The notes: generated by a model not told the origin, from the letters alone. DNA of 40,629 nucleotides from Sphaerochaetaceae bacterium (GCA_045225895.1 JBGVBT010000016.1:1-40629); one strand, 5' to 3'. Shown: positions 15,859 to 24,785, counted from the stretch's first letter. Numbers and translations: made by a program.

Positions 15859-17736
15859 TTATTCTCCGCTGATGCCCAGGGTTGCTTCTTCTTCGGCTAC
15901 TACGACATTTTCTATTCTCAGCTGGGACATTGCCATGGAAACCAGTTCCCTGATTGTCCTGGGGCTGTTCTCCGTTGCCGTTGCATTTGCAAGCTTGTAT
16001 CTGATTACAACTCCGTGCTCTCCTCGGTTGAAGTCGGCGACAGACCTCTTCAGAACATTGCTGAAGAACGTTGCACGGGCACCGTCACAGCTCGGGAACA
16101 GACCCATGAATGTGAGGCTTCCGTTGTATCCGACAAAACCGAACTGCTCGGCACTGTCCCTGATGTGGGTTGCGAACACTCGCAGAACCTCGTTTCCGGC
16201 ATCACGTCCGACAACGGCATTGATGTCGTTCATGTTGGTAAGGGAAATGACAACGACGGTGAACGGAACAGGCAGCATCTTGTTTCCGTACTGCTTTATC
16301 TCGTTGTCGCATCTCATGCGGTTCGGCAGATCGGTTGTGGTATCCGTATAGAAATGGTACTCAACGAAGTCAAGGCTTCTTCCGAGAACCACTGCAACGG
16401 TCACTCCGAATATGAAGAACACCACGACGATCAGGGCTGTGTATAGCTTGACGTTCACCGTTTCCTTGACGTTGACCGTGGAACGGACCATGAGGTTTTT
16501 CATGACCTCTCTCTGAATGTGCTCCGAGGCTGTTACGCTCATCAGCTTGTCCAGAACCCTGAGTCTTCCCTCGATGAATCTGATAAGTTCCTCCACCTGT
16601 CTGACCGCATCCTGATCAACGGAATAGATTGTCCTGTTCCTGTCATCCTTGAAAGCTGAGAATACATAGTCGCAGTATTCGTTGTCCTCCTGCCGTTCCT
16701 CGATTGCGGCTCTGAGGGTAATATATCGCTGAAGGACTGTATCGTATGTGTTACTGGCCTTTGATACATTCTCGTCGGAATTCTTGTATACGGACCTGAC
16801 AACATAGTTGTTTCCGGAAGACTGAAGCAGTCCCGTCTCCGTGGTGTCGCTGCCCCAGTGGTAGAGCATAGTGTCCTCGTTCTTCTTTTCATAGCTCGAG
16901 AGCATGTTCTCGGCAACCTCAAGAGCTTCCGTATAGTTCTTGATGGCGAGGGTGTTCTGGTTCTTGCGGTACTGATAACGTGAAATGAGAAGATCCGGAT
17001 TGGAAGTCACGTGATTCTTGAGGATCAGTGAATACAACGACGGGAGATAAATCGTGTAGATGAGGTTGTATTCGTTGTAGAGGTCCTGGAAACTGTAACC
17101 GGAAGCAGAGGATCTGAAGATCGTACCCGTGTCGATTATGCTTTTCAGATAATCTCTGTCGGACTGTATGAAGCTGTCTATGATTTCAGCCCATTCGATA
17201 TAGTCGTAATTCAGGTTCTGAAGGGACTCGACGCTGTTCGGTACCTGCGAGACAGACATGTATTTCGTTGAGTAGGTGTTCAGGAAACTGTCGACGATTG
17301 CCTCTACCACTTCCTGGGCATTAGATGCGCTTTTATGCTTTGCAGACTCGTAGGAAACAATGTACTTCGTAGGGAAGAACTCATAACTGTTTCCCTTTGC
17401 CCACTGAGCGGCCTGACGGGCCGAATCCTCGTCGGAAATCACAGCGGAGATGCTTGTCCTTTTTCTGACGGAATCGACACTGTCGTTCCGGTTGATGCTT
17501 TCAAGTGCATTCCATATGACGGCAGATGACTTGATTTCCTGCACGTCAATAGAATCTCCGGTGGGGTAGAGGCCGTCTTTTGCCTCCGGATTAGTGAATT
17601 CGATAAGGGTCTGGGCTTTATAGGTCTGATTTGAAGAGACGGCAAGATAGAAGACAATTCCGCTGATGATTGAGAAGACTGCAATAAGCCACCACCACTT
17701 GCGGATGTATCTGGACAGTTGGAATTCTTTCATCAT
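15859..17736 (-). CDS. Polysaccharide co-polymerase (Wzz/PCP)-like protein fused to a C-terminal degenerate GGDEF-like cytoplasmic domain
   Basis: 625 aa. Wzz-type N-terminus is RKWWWLIAVFSIISGIVFYLAV..YKAQTLIEF, followed by a long extracytoplasmic segment. The second TM helix is LYTALIVVVFFIFGVTVAVVLG. The 173-aa tail reads TDLPNR...VVVISLTNMNDINAVVGRDAGNEVL...GYNGSLTFMGLF (NGSLT at nt 16111-16125). ATGA overlap with the upstream gene. Confidence 0.75.
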   Translation of the reverse strand: MMKEFQLSRYIRKWWWLIAVFSIISGIVFYLAVSSNQTYKAQTLIEFTNPEAKDGLYPTGDSIDVQEIKSSAVIWNALESINRNDSVDSVRKRTSISAVISDEDSARQAAQWAKGNSYEFFPTKYIVSYESAKHKSASNAQEVVEAIVDSFLNTYSTKYMSVSQVPNSVESLQNLNYDYIEWAEIIDSFIQSDRDYLKSIIDTGTIFRSSASGYSFQDLYNEYNLIYTIYLPSLYSLILKNHVTSNPDLLISRYQYRKNQNTLAIKNYTEALEVAENMLSSYEKKNEDTMLYHWGSDTTETGLLQSSGNNYVVRSVYKNSDENVSKASNTYDTVLQRYITLRAAIEERQEDNEYCDYVFSAFKDDRNRTIYSVDQDAVRQVEELIRFIEGRLRVLDKLMSVTASEHIQREVMKNLMVRSTVNVKETVNVKLYTALIVVVFFIFGVTVAVVLGRSLDFVEYHFYTDTTTDLPNRMRCDNEIKQYGNKMLPVPFTVVVISLTNMNDINAVVGRDAGNEVLRVFATHIRDSAEQFGFVGYNGSLTFMGLFPSCDGARATFFSNVLKRSVADFNRGEHGVVIRYKLANATATENSPRTIRELVSMAMSQLRIENVVVAEEEATLGISGE

Positions 17737-19058
17737 ACGTCCTTCTCCTCCTCTTTCCTAGCCATTGCGACTGTCACCTCGACCACACAGGCCAGAAGTC
17801 CGACAATCAGCGCCAGAACGGCATTGCGTTTGACTTTGTATCCGCCCATCACGCTGTCTGTCGCAATGCTGTATGAGATGGAGCTCTTGTAACGGGACTC
17901 CTCGTAATCGTGGACGACGTACAGGATTCTCTGGATCAGGGCATTCAGGCTCTGTTCCATCTCCTGTATCATGGAATTCGCGGTATCATGTTTCTTCTGA
18001 TCCTTGTCTGCAAGGTATGTTCTTGCTATCGCACCGTTGATGACCTTCAGCTCCTGTTCATGCGCCTCAAGCGTTTTCGCCAGCGCCATCGATGAATCCG
18101 TCAGAAGATCCATGCCGGTTTCCGTTCTGGTCATCTGCATTCCGTTCACTTCGTCGTACATGGGAATCATCACAAAGGTGATCATTGCCTTGTCGTACAT
18201 TCCGAGGGCATCCTGGTTTATGGTGTACATCTCGCTGTCCTTCTTGGAGGTCTGACTGAGAAGGAACCGGCGGTATTCGAGCTTTCCTCTGTATTTCATT
18301 GGATCTCGGAAAAGATTGTTGTTCGTTATGTAGGCGGTGAATTTGTTCAGGTATATGTCTCTGAATGCCGCCACGGAATCCTGGAGGGATCTGAAAGTCT
18401 CTCCTTCCGTCCTGTAGTTATATGTTCCGCTCTCGGTCTGCATTGTCTCGAGATAGGCTATGATGTTGTTGATCTTGACTTCCATTATGTCGGCGAATTC
18501 CAGATACTCCCAGGAATCGGTTTCCGACCAGTCGATGTCCAGAACGCCGTCGTTTCTCCCGTAATGGTCGAGGAAATAGTTCTTGTAGCACTGCATGACC
18601 AGATTCAGCATGGATCTTGCGCTGATTCTCTCAGGAAGATATGTGTTCGTCATTTCCACCGAGTACTCAGTGGCAATATACATTTTCTTGGGATCCTGTG
18701 AGCCTGCGGAGCTGATGGAGATGCAGTTCTGAAGCTGATTCGTGCTGAGTTCACCCTTAAGTCCCGCATCTTCGATTGCCTGAGAAAGGACCTCGTCGCT
18801 CATCAGTTCGTTTATGTTGAATCTGGAACCGTTGGGATTCAGGCCCTCATAGGCGAGTTCGTAGCGCAGCCCCAGAGTGGCCTTCGCGGAATCTTCGGCA
18901 TGCAGTCCCGTGTACACACACAGAATCACGAATGCCATCAGAATTAAAAACAGTATCCAGAATTTATGGCGCCAGATCATAATCAACGCAAAGGATAATT
19001 TGTTTTCCCTGCCTCGGTTCCTATTTCCAGTCTTCATTGACATCCTCTCCGCTCTCAT
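17733..19058 (-). CDS. Polysaccharide co-polymerase (Wzz/PCP)-like bitopic membrane protein, paralogous in layout to the N-terminal part of the next gene
   Basis: 441 aa. N-terminal TM helix is FWILFLILMAFVILCVYTGL and C-terminal TM helix is AVLALIVGLLACVVEVTVAMA. About 370 aa of coil-rich sequence lies between them. ATGA overlap with the upstream GT. Confidence 0.6.
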   Translation of the reverse strand: MRAERMSMKTGNRNRGRENKLSFALIMIWRHKFWILFLILMAFVILCVYTGLHAEDSAKATLGLRYELAYEGLNPNGSRFNINELMSDEVLSQAIEDAGLKGELSTNQLQNCISISSAGSQDPKKMYIATEYSVEMTNTYLPERISARSMLNLVMQCYKNYFLDHYGRNDGVLDIDWSETDSWEYLEFADIMEVKINNIIAYLETMQTESGTYNYRTEGETFRSLQDSVAAFRDIYLNKFTAYITNNNLFRDPMKYRGKLEYRRFLLSQTSKKDSEMYTINQDALGMYDKAMITFVMIPMYDEVNGMQMTRTETGMDLLTDSSMALAKTLEAHEQELKVINGAIARTYLADKDQKKHDTANSMIQEMEQSLNALIQRILYVVHDYEESRYKSSISYSIATDSVMGGYKVKRNAVLALIVGLLACVVEVTVAMARKEEEKDV

Positions 19059-20092
19059 ATAAGCAGGGCATTGAACTGCCCCATTACAACGTCTGTGGAA
19101 AAGCGTGACATGCTCTCTTCGCAGCCGTTCTGTATATTTTTATATAAATTCTTATCCGTGTAAAGTTCGTATAGGATTTCGGCGGCTCTGTCGTTGTCCC
19201 TGAACGGATAGATGAATCCGTTCCTGTGGTCCTCAATCACCTCGCTGTTGTACAGCCAGTCGTTGGCGATAATCGGGATTCTTGCACTGAATGCATCGAG
19301 GGCTGTTCCTGCAAAGCATTCACATGCAAAATAAGTGGGGAAAAGGATTGCGAAGCAGCTTCTAAGGGTCTCCACCGTCTGGCTGGACTCCCTGGCCCCC
19401 ATGTATCTGGCAATTCCGCCGGATTTTTCCAGAGCCTCGTCGAGTTCGGGTTTGAACGAGTCGTACATCTTTCCATAGATCTCAAGGTTGAACAGATTCT
19501 TTCCCGCCAGGGCGTTTGCCTTCTTCACAATCTCTATAGCATCGAGGATTCCCTTGTCCTTTGTGACACGGGAGTAGGTGCAGACCCTTACCGGCTCATC
19601 CTTCCAGTGGTCGAAGTCCACAGCCGGAACATAGTCCCTGCAGTTTGGCAGGTACTGGGCTTTTGCAATACCAAGCTCCCTGAGCTCGTCCCTGAGCTTC
19701 TTGGACTGTACATGTGTTCCGTCGAAGGACGCGATGTGCTTGATGAGCGAGTGCTTTTTCCTGAGTACCTCGGCCAGGTCACCGCCTGTGACTATGTACT
19801 GGATGTGGCACTTGTAGATCTTGTTCATGATGGCCGTCACCGGTGCGAATATCTCTATGTTCTGACCCGGCATGAACAGCACGTTCTGACACTGGCTGAG
19901 CGCTCTTCTGATGTTCCCCAAGACGGAGAACGGATGCTTCTTTGCACTGTCTATGTTTGCAAAGAGGACCTGGTCCTCTCCGTATCTGTCGGAGAACCAT
20001 TTTCGCAGAGTGCGGATCTTCACCGCCTGGCCTGTGGCAAAGCGGGCTCCTGTTCCTGCAACACCTATGATTCCAAGTTTCTTCTTCTCCAC
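19055..20092 (-). CDS. Family 1 (GT4-type) glycosyltransferase, tandem paralog A
   Basis: 345 aa. MEKKKLGIIGVAGTGARFATGQAVKIRTL...RYGEDQV...FPTYFACECFAGTALDAFSARIPIIANDWLYNSEVIEDHRNGFIYPF. Confidence 0.8.
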   Translation of the reverse strand: MEKKKLGIIGVAGTGARFATGQAVKIRTLRKWFSDRYGEDQVLFANIDSAKKHPFSVLGNIRRALSQCQNVLFMPGQNIEIFAPVTAIMNKIYKCHIQYIVTGGDLAEVLRKKHSLIKHIASFDGTHVQSKKLRDELRELGIAKAQYLPNCRDYVPAVDFDHWKDEPVRVCTYSRVTKDKGILDAIEIVKKANALAGKNLFNLEIYGKMYDSFKPELDEALEKSGGIARYMGARESSQTVETLRSCFAILFPTYFACECFAGTALDAFSARIPIIANDWLYNSEVIEDHRNGFIYPFRDNDRAAEILYELYTDKNLYKNIQNGCEESMSRFSTDVVMGQFNALLI

Positions 20093-20102
20093 GGTCTGCT
20101 TC

Positions 20103-21134
20103 CTATATCATTTTGTCGGCAAGCTGCTGAAGGACAACGTCCGAGCTGTATTTCACGGCGCTCTCCTTGCAACCTTCCTGAATCCTTTCATACAGTCCGG
20201 GATCCCTGTAAAGAGATACAAGCATTCCGGCAGCTTCATCCGTATTCCTGAACGGATACAGGAATCCGTCCTCTCCGTTCCTGATGACCTCGGAATTGAA
20301 CTTCCAGTCGTTGGCGATTATCGGAGTTCGTGACAGGAATGCATCCAGCACCGTTCCCGCAAAACACTCGCCTTCATAATACGTGGGGAAGAGGAGGGCG
20401 AACTGGCTCTTCAGTGTTTCCAGGGTCTGGTCGGCGTCTCTTGTGCCGGCATAGGCCATCACATCCCTGTTCTCCTCACACAGTCTTTCAAAATCATCCC
20501 TGTAAGATCCATCGACTGCGCCGAACACATCCAGGAAAAAGACATCCGTTCCAAGAATGGCATTCGCTTTCCTGACGGTCTGTACGGCATCAGCCATGCC
20601 TTTTGTCTGTGTCACTCTGGAATATGTGCAGACATGGAGGGGTTCCTTCCTGTCCTTGTCAGGATTCACCTCCACATAATCCCTGCAGTTTGGAAGATAC
20701 CAGCTGCTGTCTATGCCTATGGCCTTCAGGTCCTCAACCAGACTTTTTGTCTCGGCGCAGACTCCGTAGAACTTCTTTGTGGCACGCCTGATATGACCGT
20801 GTTTCTTCAGGAAGTCCGCAAGCCATCCGCCGATGACGATGAAGAACGTTCTTTTTCTGTAGAACCTGTTCAGTGCCGAGACCAGAGAAGGGAATACCTT
20901 GACCCCGTGAGGAGCCGGGAAGATCATCACGTTGGAACAGTCTTTCATGGCCTTTGCAATGCTGCGGACCAGACGTACCGGATGCTTCTTCCAGCCGTAG
21001 GTATTGACTATCTCTATCTGGTCTTCCCCGTATCGGCGCTTCATCCAGTCCGTTATGAAGACTGTCTTCACGGCCTGTCCAGTGAGGTACTTTGGTCCTG
21101 TTCCGTACTGTCCTATTACAGCAAGCTTCTTCAT
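20103..21134 (-). CDS. Family 1 (GT4-type) glycosyltransferase, tandem paralog B
   Basis: 343 aa. MKKLAVIGQYGTGPKYLTGQAVKTVFI...RYGEDQI...FPTYYEGECFAGTVLDAFLSRTPIIANDWKFNSEVIRNGEDGFLYPF. It is colinear with paralog A. Confidence 0.8.
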   Translation of the reverse strand: MKKLAVIGQYGTGPKYLTGQAVKTVFITDWMKRRYGEDQIEIVNTYGWKKHPVRLVRSIAKAMKDCSNVMIFPAPHGVKVFPSLVSALNRFYRKRTFFIVIGGWLADFLKKHGHIRRATKKFYGVCAETKSLVEDLKAIGIDSSWYLPNCRDYVEVNPDKDRKEPLHVCTYSRVTQTKGMADAVQTVRKANAILGTDVFFLDVFGAVDGSYRDDFERLCEENRDVMAYAGTRDADQTLETLKSQFALLFPTYYEGECFAGTVLDAFLSRTPIIANDWKFNSEVIRNGEDGFLYPFRNTDEAAGMLVSLYRDPGLYERIQEGCKESAVKYSSDVVLQQLADKMI

Positions 21135-22321
21135 CTGGCACCTTTGAGGGATTCTTCCCAGACTGTGTTGTACTCGACTTTCTCTCCGCGGTACACACGG
21201 ATCATCTGCTCAACTGCAAGATCCCAGCTGTACTTGCCTGTGATGTAGTCCGAGGCGTTTGACTTGTAGTTTGCCACGATATCTGGATTGTCCAGAAGGT
21301 TCTGGAGCTTTCCTCTGAGAACGTTGACGTTTCCTTTCGGGAAAGTCTCTGCATGGTCGCCGACCACCTCGGTGTTCTCCGGGATGTCGCTAACCAGGTC
21401 GCAGCATCCGTAGGACATGGATTCCAGCAGCGTGTTGGCCATGCCCTCCAGGTTGCTGGGCAGAAGGAACATGTATGTGTTGCTGTAAAGCTCTGCGGTG
21501 AGCGTTCCCTTGACCTGGCCGATGAACATTATGCGGCCGTCTCCCTGCGCCATCTCTGTAAGTTTCTTGTAATAGCCGTGGTTGCTGTCTCCGCCTGCTA
21601 TCACAAGCTTCTTGTCTGTGTTGCAGTCCCTGAAAGCCTCGATCAGGTAGTGGAGGCCCTTTTCCGGCTCAACGCGGCCCAAGGAGAGGATGTAGCTGTC
21701 CTTCTCAAGACCCCACTTCTCCCTGATCTCGTTCGCCGCCAGAATCTTCGGTTTCACAATTCCATTTGCAAAGCAGAGGACGTCCTTTCCGTACTTCTCT
21801 TTGACATAGCGCTTCATGTTCTGGGAAAGAACAAGACAGGCATCCGCACGCTTTACGGCGAGCCTTTCGCCTTTTTCCAGATACCATTTTGCAAAACGGC
21901 CCCATTTGTCGCGCTGGCTGTCAAAGCCGTGGATGGATGCCACGCAGCGCTGGCCGAAGAACTTGGCCAGGCCTATCATCACACATGGTCCGGATGCCCT
22001 GTAGCTTATGACATCGTAGTGTTGGAATATCGCATGTATGGTTGCAAGGAAGGAGTAGATAAGCACTCCCAGGCCTCCGTTGGGGGTGGGGACCGTGATG
22101 ATCCGGACTCCCTTGTATTCCTTGAGTTTCTTCTGGTTATACTTCTTGCCGTTTATATTGTCGCTTCCGCGGTTGTATACGGTCACGGAGTGTCCCAGGG
22201 CAACCATCCTCACGGCGTGCTCCTCGACACCTTTTTCTATTCCGCCTTCGTTGGAAGGGATTCTCTTGTGTCCGATGATGGCGATCTTCAGCGATTTCTT
22301 TGTGGAAAGGTCCTTCCTCAT
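21131..22321 (-). CDS. Family 1 glycosyltransferase with a DUF1972-like N-terminus (WchF/RgpA-like)
   Basis: 396 aa. KIAIIGHKRIPSNEGGIEKGVEEHAVRMVALGHSVTVYNR...LLPSNLEGMANTLLESMSYGCCDLVSDIPENTEVVG. One-nt TGATG overlap with the priming transferase. Confidence 0.8.
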   Translation of the reverse strand: MRKDLSTKKSLKIAIIGHKRIPSNEGGIEKGVEEHAVRMVALGHSVTVYNRGSDNINGKKYNQKKLKEYKGVRIITVPTPNGGLGVLIYSFLATIHAIFQHYDVISYRASGPCVMIGLAKFFGQRCVASIHGFDSQRDKWGRFAKWYLEKGERLAVKRADACLVLSQNMKRYVKEKYGKDVLCFANGIVKPKILAANEIREKWGLEKDSYILSLGRVEPEKGLHYLIEAFRDCNTDKKLVIAGGDSNHGYYKKLTEMAQGDGRIMFIGQVKGTLTAELYSNTYMFLLPSNLEGMANTLLESMSYGCCDLVSDIPENTEVVGDHAETFPKGNVNVLRGKLQNLLDNPDIVANYKSNASDYITGKYSWDLAVEQMIRVYRGEKVEYNTVWEESLKGAR

Positions 22322-23766
22322 CAGACGGCTCCCTCGTGTTTGAACAGGACGACTATGGTCTTGAAGATGATGCTCAGGTCAAGACCCAGTGACCAGTGCT
22401 CGATGTAGTAGCGGTCCAGGGCCACGATCTCGTCGAAATCGGTGATCTTGCTTCTTCCGCTGACCTGCCACATTCCGGTGAGACCCGGACGGGTGCTCAT
22501 CCTGATTCTGTGGCTCAGGCTGTATTTGCTCCATTCGTCTTTCGTCGGCGGGCGGGTTCCTATAAGGCTCATGTCGCCCTTCAGGACATTGAAGAACTGC
22601 GGGAACTCGTCCAGGCTGGTCTTGCGGATGAAGTTTCCGATGCCCTTTGGCTTTCCGTTCTTGTCCTTTTTCTCGCTTCCTATGATTCTCGGGTCATCGT
22701 CGATCTTGAACATCAGATTGCTGGACATCTTGTTCTGCTTCTCAAGCTCCGCCTTGCGCTCTTCGGCATCCAGATACATGCTGCGGAACTTGTACATCTT
22801 GAAGATCTTTCCGTTCTTTCCGATCCTCTCCTGGGCGAAGAATACAGGGCCCGGTGATTTCCTCTTGATGGCCGGAGCGATGAAGATGTAAAGGATTCCG
22901 GTGAAGAAGCAGCCGAAGATGCCGGCCACGATGTCGAACAGACGTTTGATGGCAAGCGACAGTGCGGATGCGAACTTGACCGATGACGTAAGGACATCGA
23001 AATAGCCGATCCTGTGGATTTCGGTGAAGTTCTCCATGAAGGAGTTCGTGTAGTTAACAGTGATTCCCATGTTCATGAAGATGTCGATGTACTCCCTGGG
23101 CATTGGCATGTCATCCGGCTGGACCACGAGGATCTCGTCGATGTATGTGTGGTTGATTTCCTGAAGCGACTCATCGTTCAGATGGGTCACGGGAACCTGC
23201 ATGTCTTCGAACTGGCCGGGGATGATGGGATCCATCGTGCATATCTGGGAGATGAAGAAGTCCTTGATCGTGTTCGCATTGAACAGCTTCTCATAGGTCT
23301 TTCTGACCATCGAAGAGGATGTCAGAAGAAGGAATGCACGTTTCTGGTGTGACTTTCTTGATGCGAAGACGCGCTTCTTGTTCAGAGTGCGTCCTATTAG
23401 GTCGAGAACTACAAAGCTGCCCGTTACGGAAATGAGAAGCAGACGCGATGCCTCGTCAGTTGTCTTTGTGATGAAGAAGTAGAGCAGGGCAAGAAGCGCG
23501 ATTCCGATGGCGAACTGCAGGATTTTCCAGAATTCAAGGAAGAAGCTCCGTCTGACTATGGTGAAATAGTACCCTGAGAAAGGCATGACAGCCAGCTGGC
23601 ACATGGACAGTACAGCCGCCTGGAAACGGAGGGAGTGATCTATGTACGGAAACCATACGCCTTTCCTTATGAAACTGACCAGCATCAGCGCAAGCTGAAG
23701 ACAGACGATGTCAATGAGCATGAAGTCCCAATGTCTCATCCATTCCTGATTCATTTGTTTCTGCAC
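22321..23766 (-). CDS. Polyprenyl-phosphate glycosyl-1-phosphate transferase (CpsE/WbaP-type priming enzyme)
   Basis: 481 aa with 4-5 N-terminal TM helices. C-terminal domain is KRLFDIVAGIFGCFFTGILYIFIAPAIKRKSPGPVFFAQERIGKNGKIFKMYKFRSM...DPRI...LDEFPQFFNVLKGDMSLIGTRPP. GTG start at 23766 has GGGAGGG 7 nt upstream. An alternative ATG lies at 23754. Confidence 0.9.
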   Translation of the reverse strand: MQKQMNQEWMRHWDFMLIDIVCLQLALMLVSFIRKGVWFPYIDHSLRFQAAVLSMCQLAVMPFSGYYFTIVRRSFFLEFWKILQFAIGIALLALLYFFITKTTDEASRLLLISVTGSFVVLDLIGRTLNKKRVFASRKSHQKRAFLLLTSSSMVRKTYEKLFNANTIKDFFISQICTMDPIIPGQFEDMQVPVTHLNDESLQEINHTYIDEILVVQPDDMPMPREYIDIFMNMGITVNYTNSFMENFTEIHRIGYFDVLTSSVKFASALSLAIKRLFDIVAGIFGCFFTGILYIFIAPAIKRKSPGPVFFAQERIGKNGKIFKMYKFRSMYLDAEERKAELEKQNKMSSNLMFKIDDDPRIIGSEKKDKNGKPKGIGNFIRKTSLDEFPQFFNVLKGDMSLIGTRPPTKDEWSKYSLSHRIRMSTRPGLTGMWQVSGRSKITDFDEIVALDRYYIEHWSLGLDLSIIFKTIVVLFKHEGAV

Positions 23767-23792
23767 GTTCCAACCCTCCCGAACAACAGAAT

Positions 23793-23821
23793 ATTTTATA
23801 TCTCGTATTATCTGCTGTCAA
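23793..23821 (-). promoter_or_regulatory. Near-consensus sigma70-type promoter for the 9-gene minus-strand polysaccharide operon
   Basis: Read on the minus strand: TTGACA (23821-23816), 17-nt spacer, TAAAAT (23798-23793). It sits about 27 nt upstream of the GTG start. Confidence 0.55.
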
Positions 23822-23880
23822 ATATTGTTTAGTATGTTTTTAACAGCATGTATCAAGGAACGGGCGTGCGCTTGCGCTTC

Positions 23881-24756
23881 CTATAGTGACTTCTTCACGA
23901 AATCGATGAAAATCTCGTCGGCCATCGGAAGCGGTTTTCCCTTCAGCCACACGAACAGATATTCCACATACCGGCCCGAGTTGACGATCTCCTTTGCCAC
24001 GATCTCCTGGTTCAGGACGTAGGAAGTCTTGGGAAAGATGCTTATTCCCACATTGCATCCGGCAAGGGCCGCGACATCCAGATAGTTGTCCATCTTGCAG
24101 ACGATTCTGGGCTCCGAACCTATCTCCCTGAACCATTCGAACATCATGTCGTTGATGGACTCGCGGCTGGGGACGATCAGGGGCTGGCCCTTGAGCATCT
24201 CAAGGTCGATCGTATCCCCGGGAAGGGCAGCAAGGGGATTGTCCTTGCTCATGAAGGCCGTCATTTTCTCCTGTCCTACCTTGAAGCTGTGAAGCAGCGT
24301 CTGGTCGCAGGGCGATGTGATGACGGCAAGGTTGATCAGGCCGCTTCTCAGCCTTTCAATCAGCTCCTCGCTGTTTCCGTCCATGATCCTGAATTTCACC
24401 TCCGGGTAATTTCTGATGAAGGATTCTATCCACTTTGACGCGATGTTAGGGGCAGAGCCTTCCACGAGTCCAATGGATATGGTTCCGTTCATCTGCTTTC
24501 CCATCAGCCGGACCTCGTTTGCGGTCTTGTCGGAAAGGCTGAGGATCTCCTTCGCATGCCTGTACAGGAGCTTTCCGGAGTCGGTCAGCTGCAGATGCCG
24601 CTTGCCACGGATGAACAGAACGGTGTCCAGTTCGTCCTCAAGGTTCTTTATCTGACTGCTGAGAGGCGGCTGGCTGATGTTCAGCTTCTCGGCGGCGCGG
24701 GTTATGTTAAGTTCTTCTGCTACAGTGACAAAGTATTTCAGCACTCTGAGTTCCAT
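23881..24756 (-). CDS. LysR-family transcriptional regulator
   Basis: 291 aa. MELRVLKYFVTVAEELNITRAAEKLNISQPPLSSQIKNLEDELDTVLFIRGKRHLQLTDSGKLL. AAGGAG lies 7 nt upstream of the ATG. Confidence 0.9.
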   Translation of the reverse strand: MELRVLKYFVTVAEELNITRAAEKLNISQPPLSSQIKNLEDELDTVLFIRGKRHLQLTDSGKLLYRHAKEILSLSDKTANEVRLMGKQMNGTISIGLVEGSAPNIASKWIESFIRNYPEVKFRIMDGNSEELIERLRSGLINLAVITSPCDQTLLHSFKVGQEKMTAFMSKDNPLAALPGDTIDLEMLKGQPLIVPSRESINDMMFEWFREIGSEPRIVCKMDNYLDVAALAGCNVGISIFPKTSYVLNQEIVAKEIVNSGRYVEYLFVWLKGKPLPMADEIFIDFVKKSL

Positions 24757-24785
24757 CTGCAGGCTCCTTGGAATTGCGGTTTTTT

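Noticed and set aside
15862-16380. A canonical RxxD I-site in the degenerate GGDEF-like tail, which would have supported c-di-GMP binding directly.
   Set aside because: The residues five positions upstream of NGSLT are AEQF. The nearby RDSA does not fit RxxD spacing. A receptor function therefore remains a hypothesis and is not something the sequence shows.
19226-22408. Long plus-strand ORFs (19226-20251, 20634-21248, 21353-22408) across the glycosyltransferase genes.
   Set aside because: They are antisense shadows of well-supported GT1 genes. They have no start context and a Val/Leu/Arg-rich composition typical of reverse frames.
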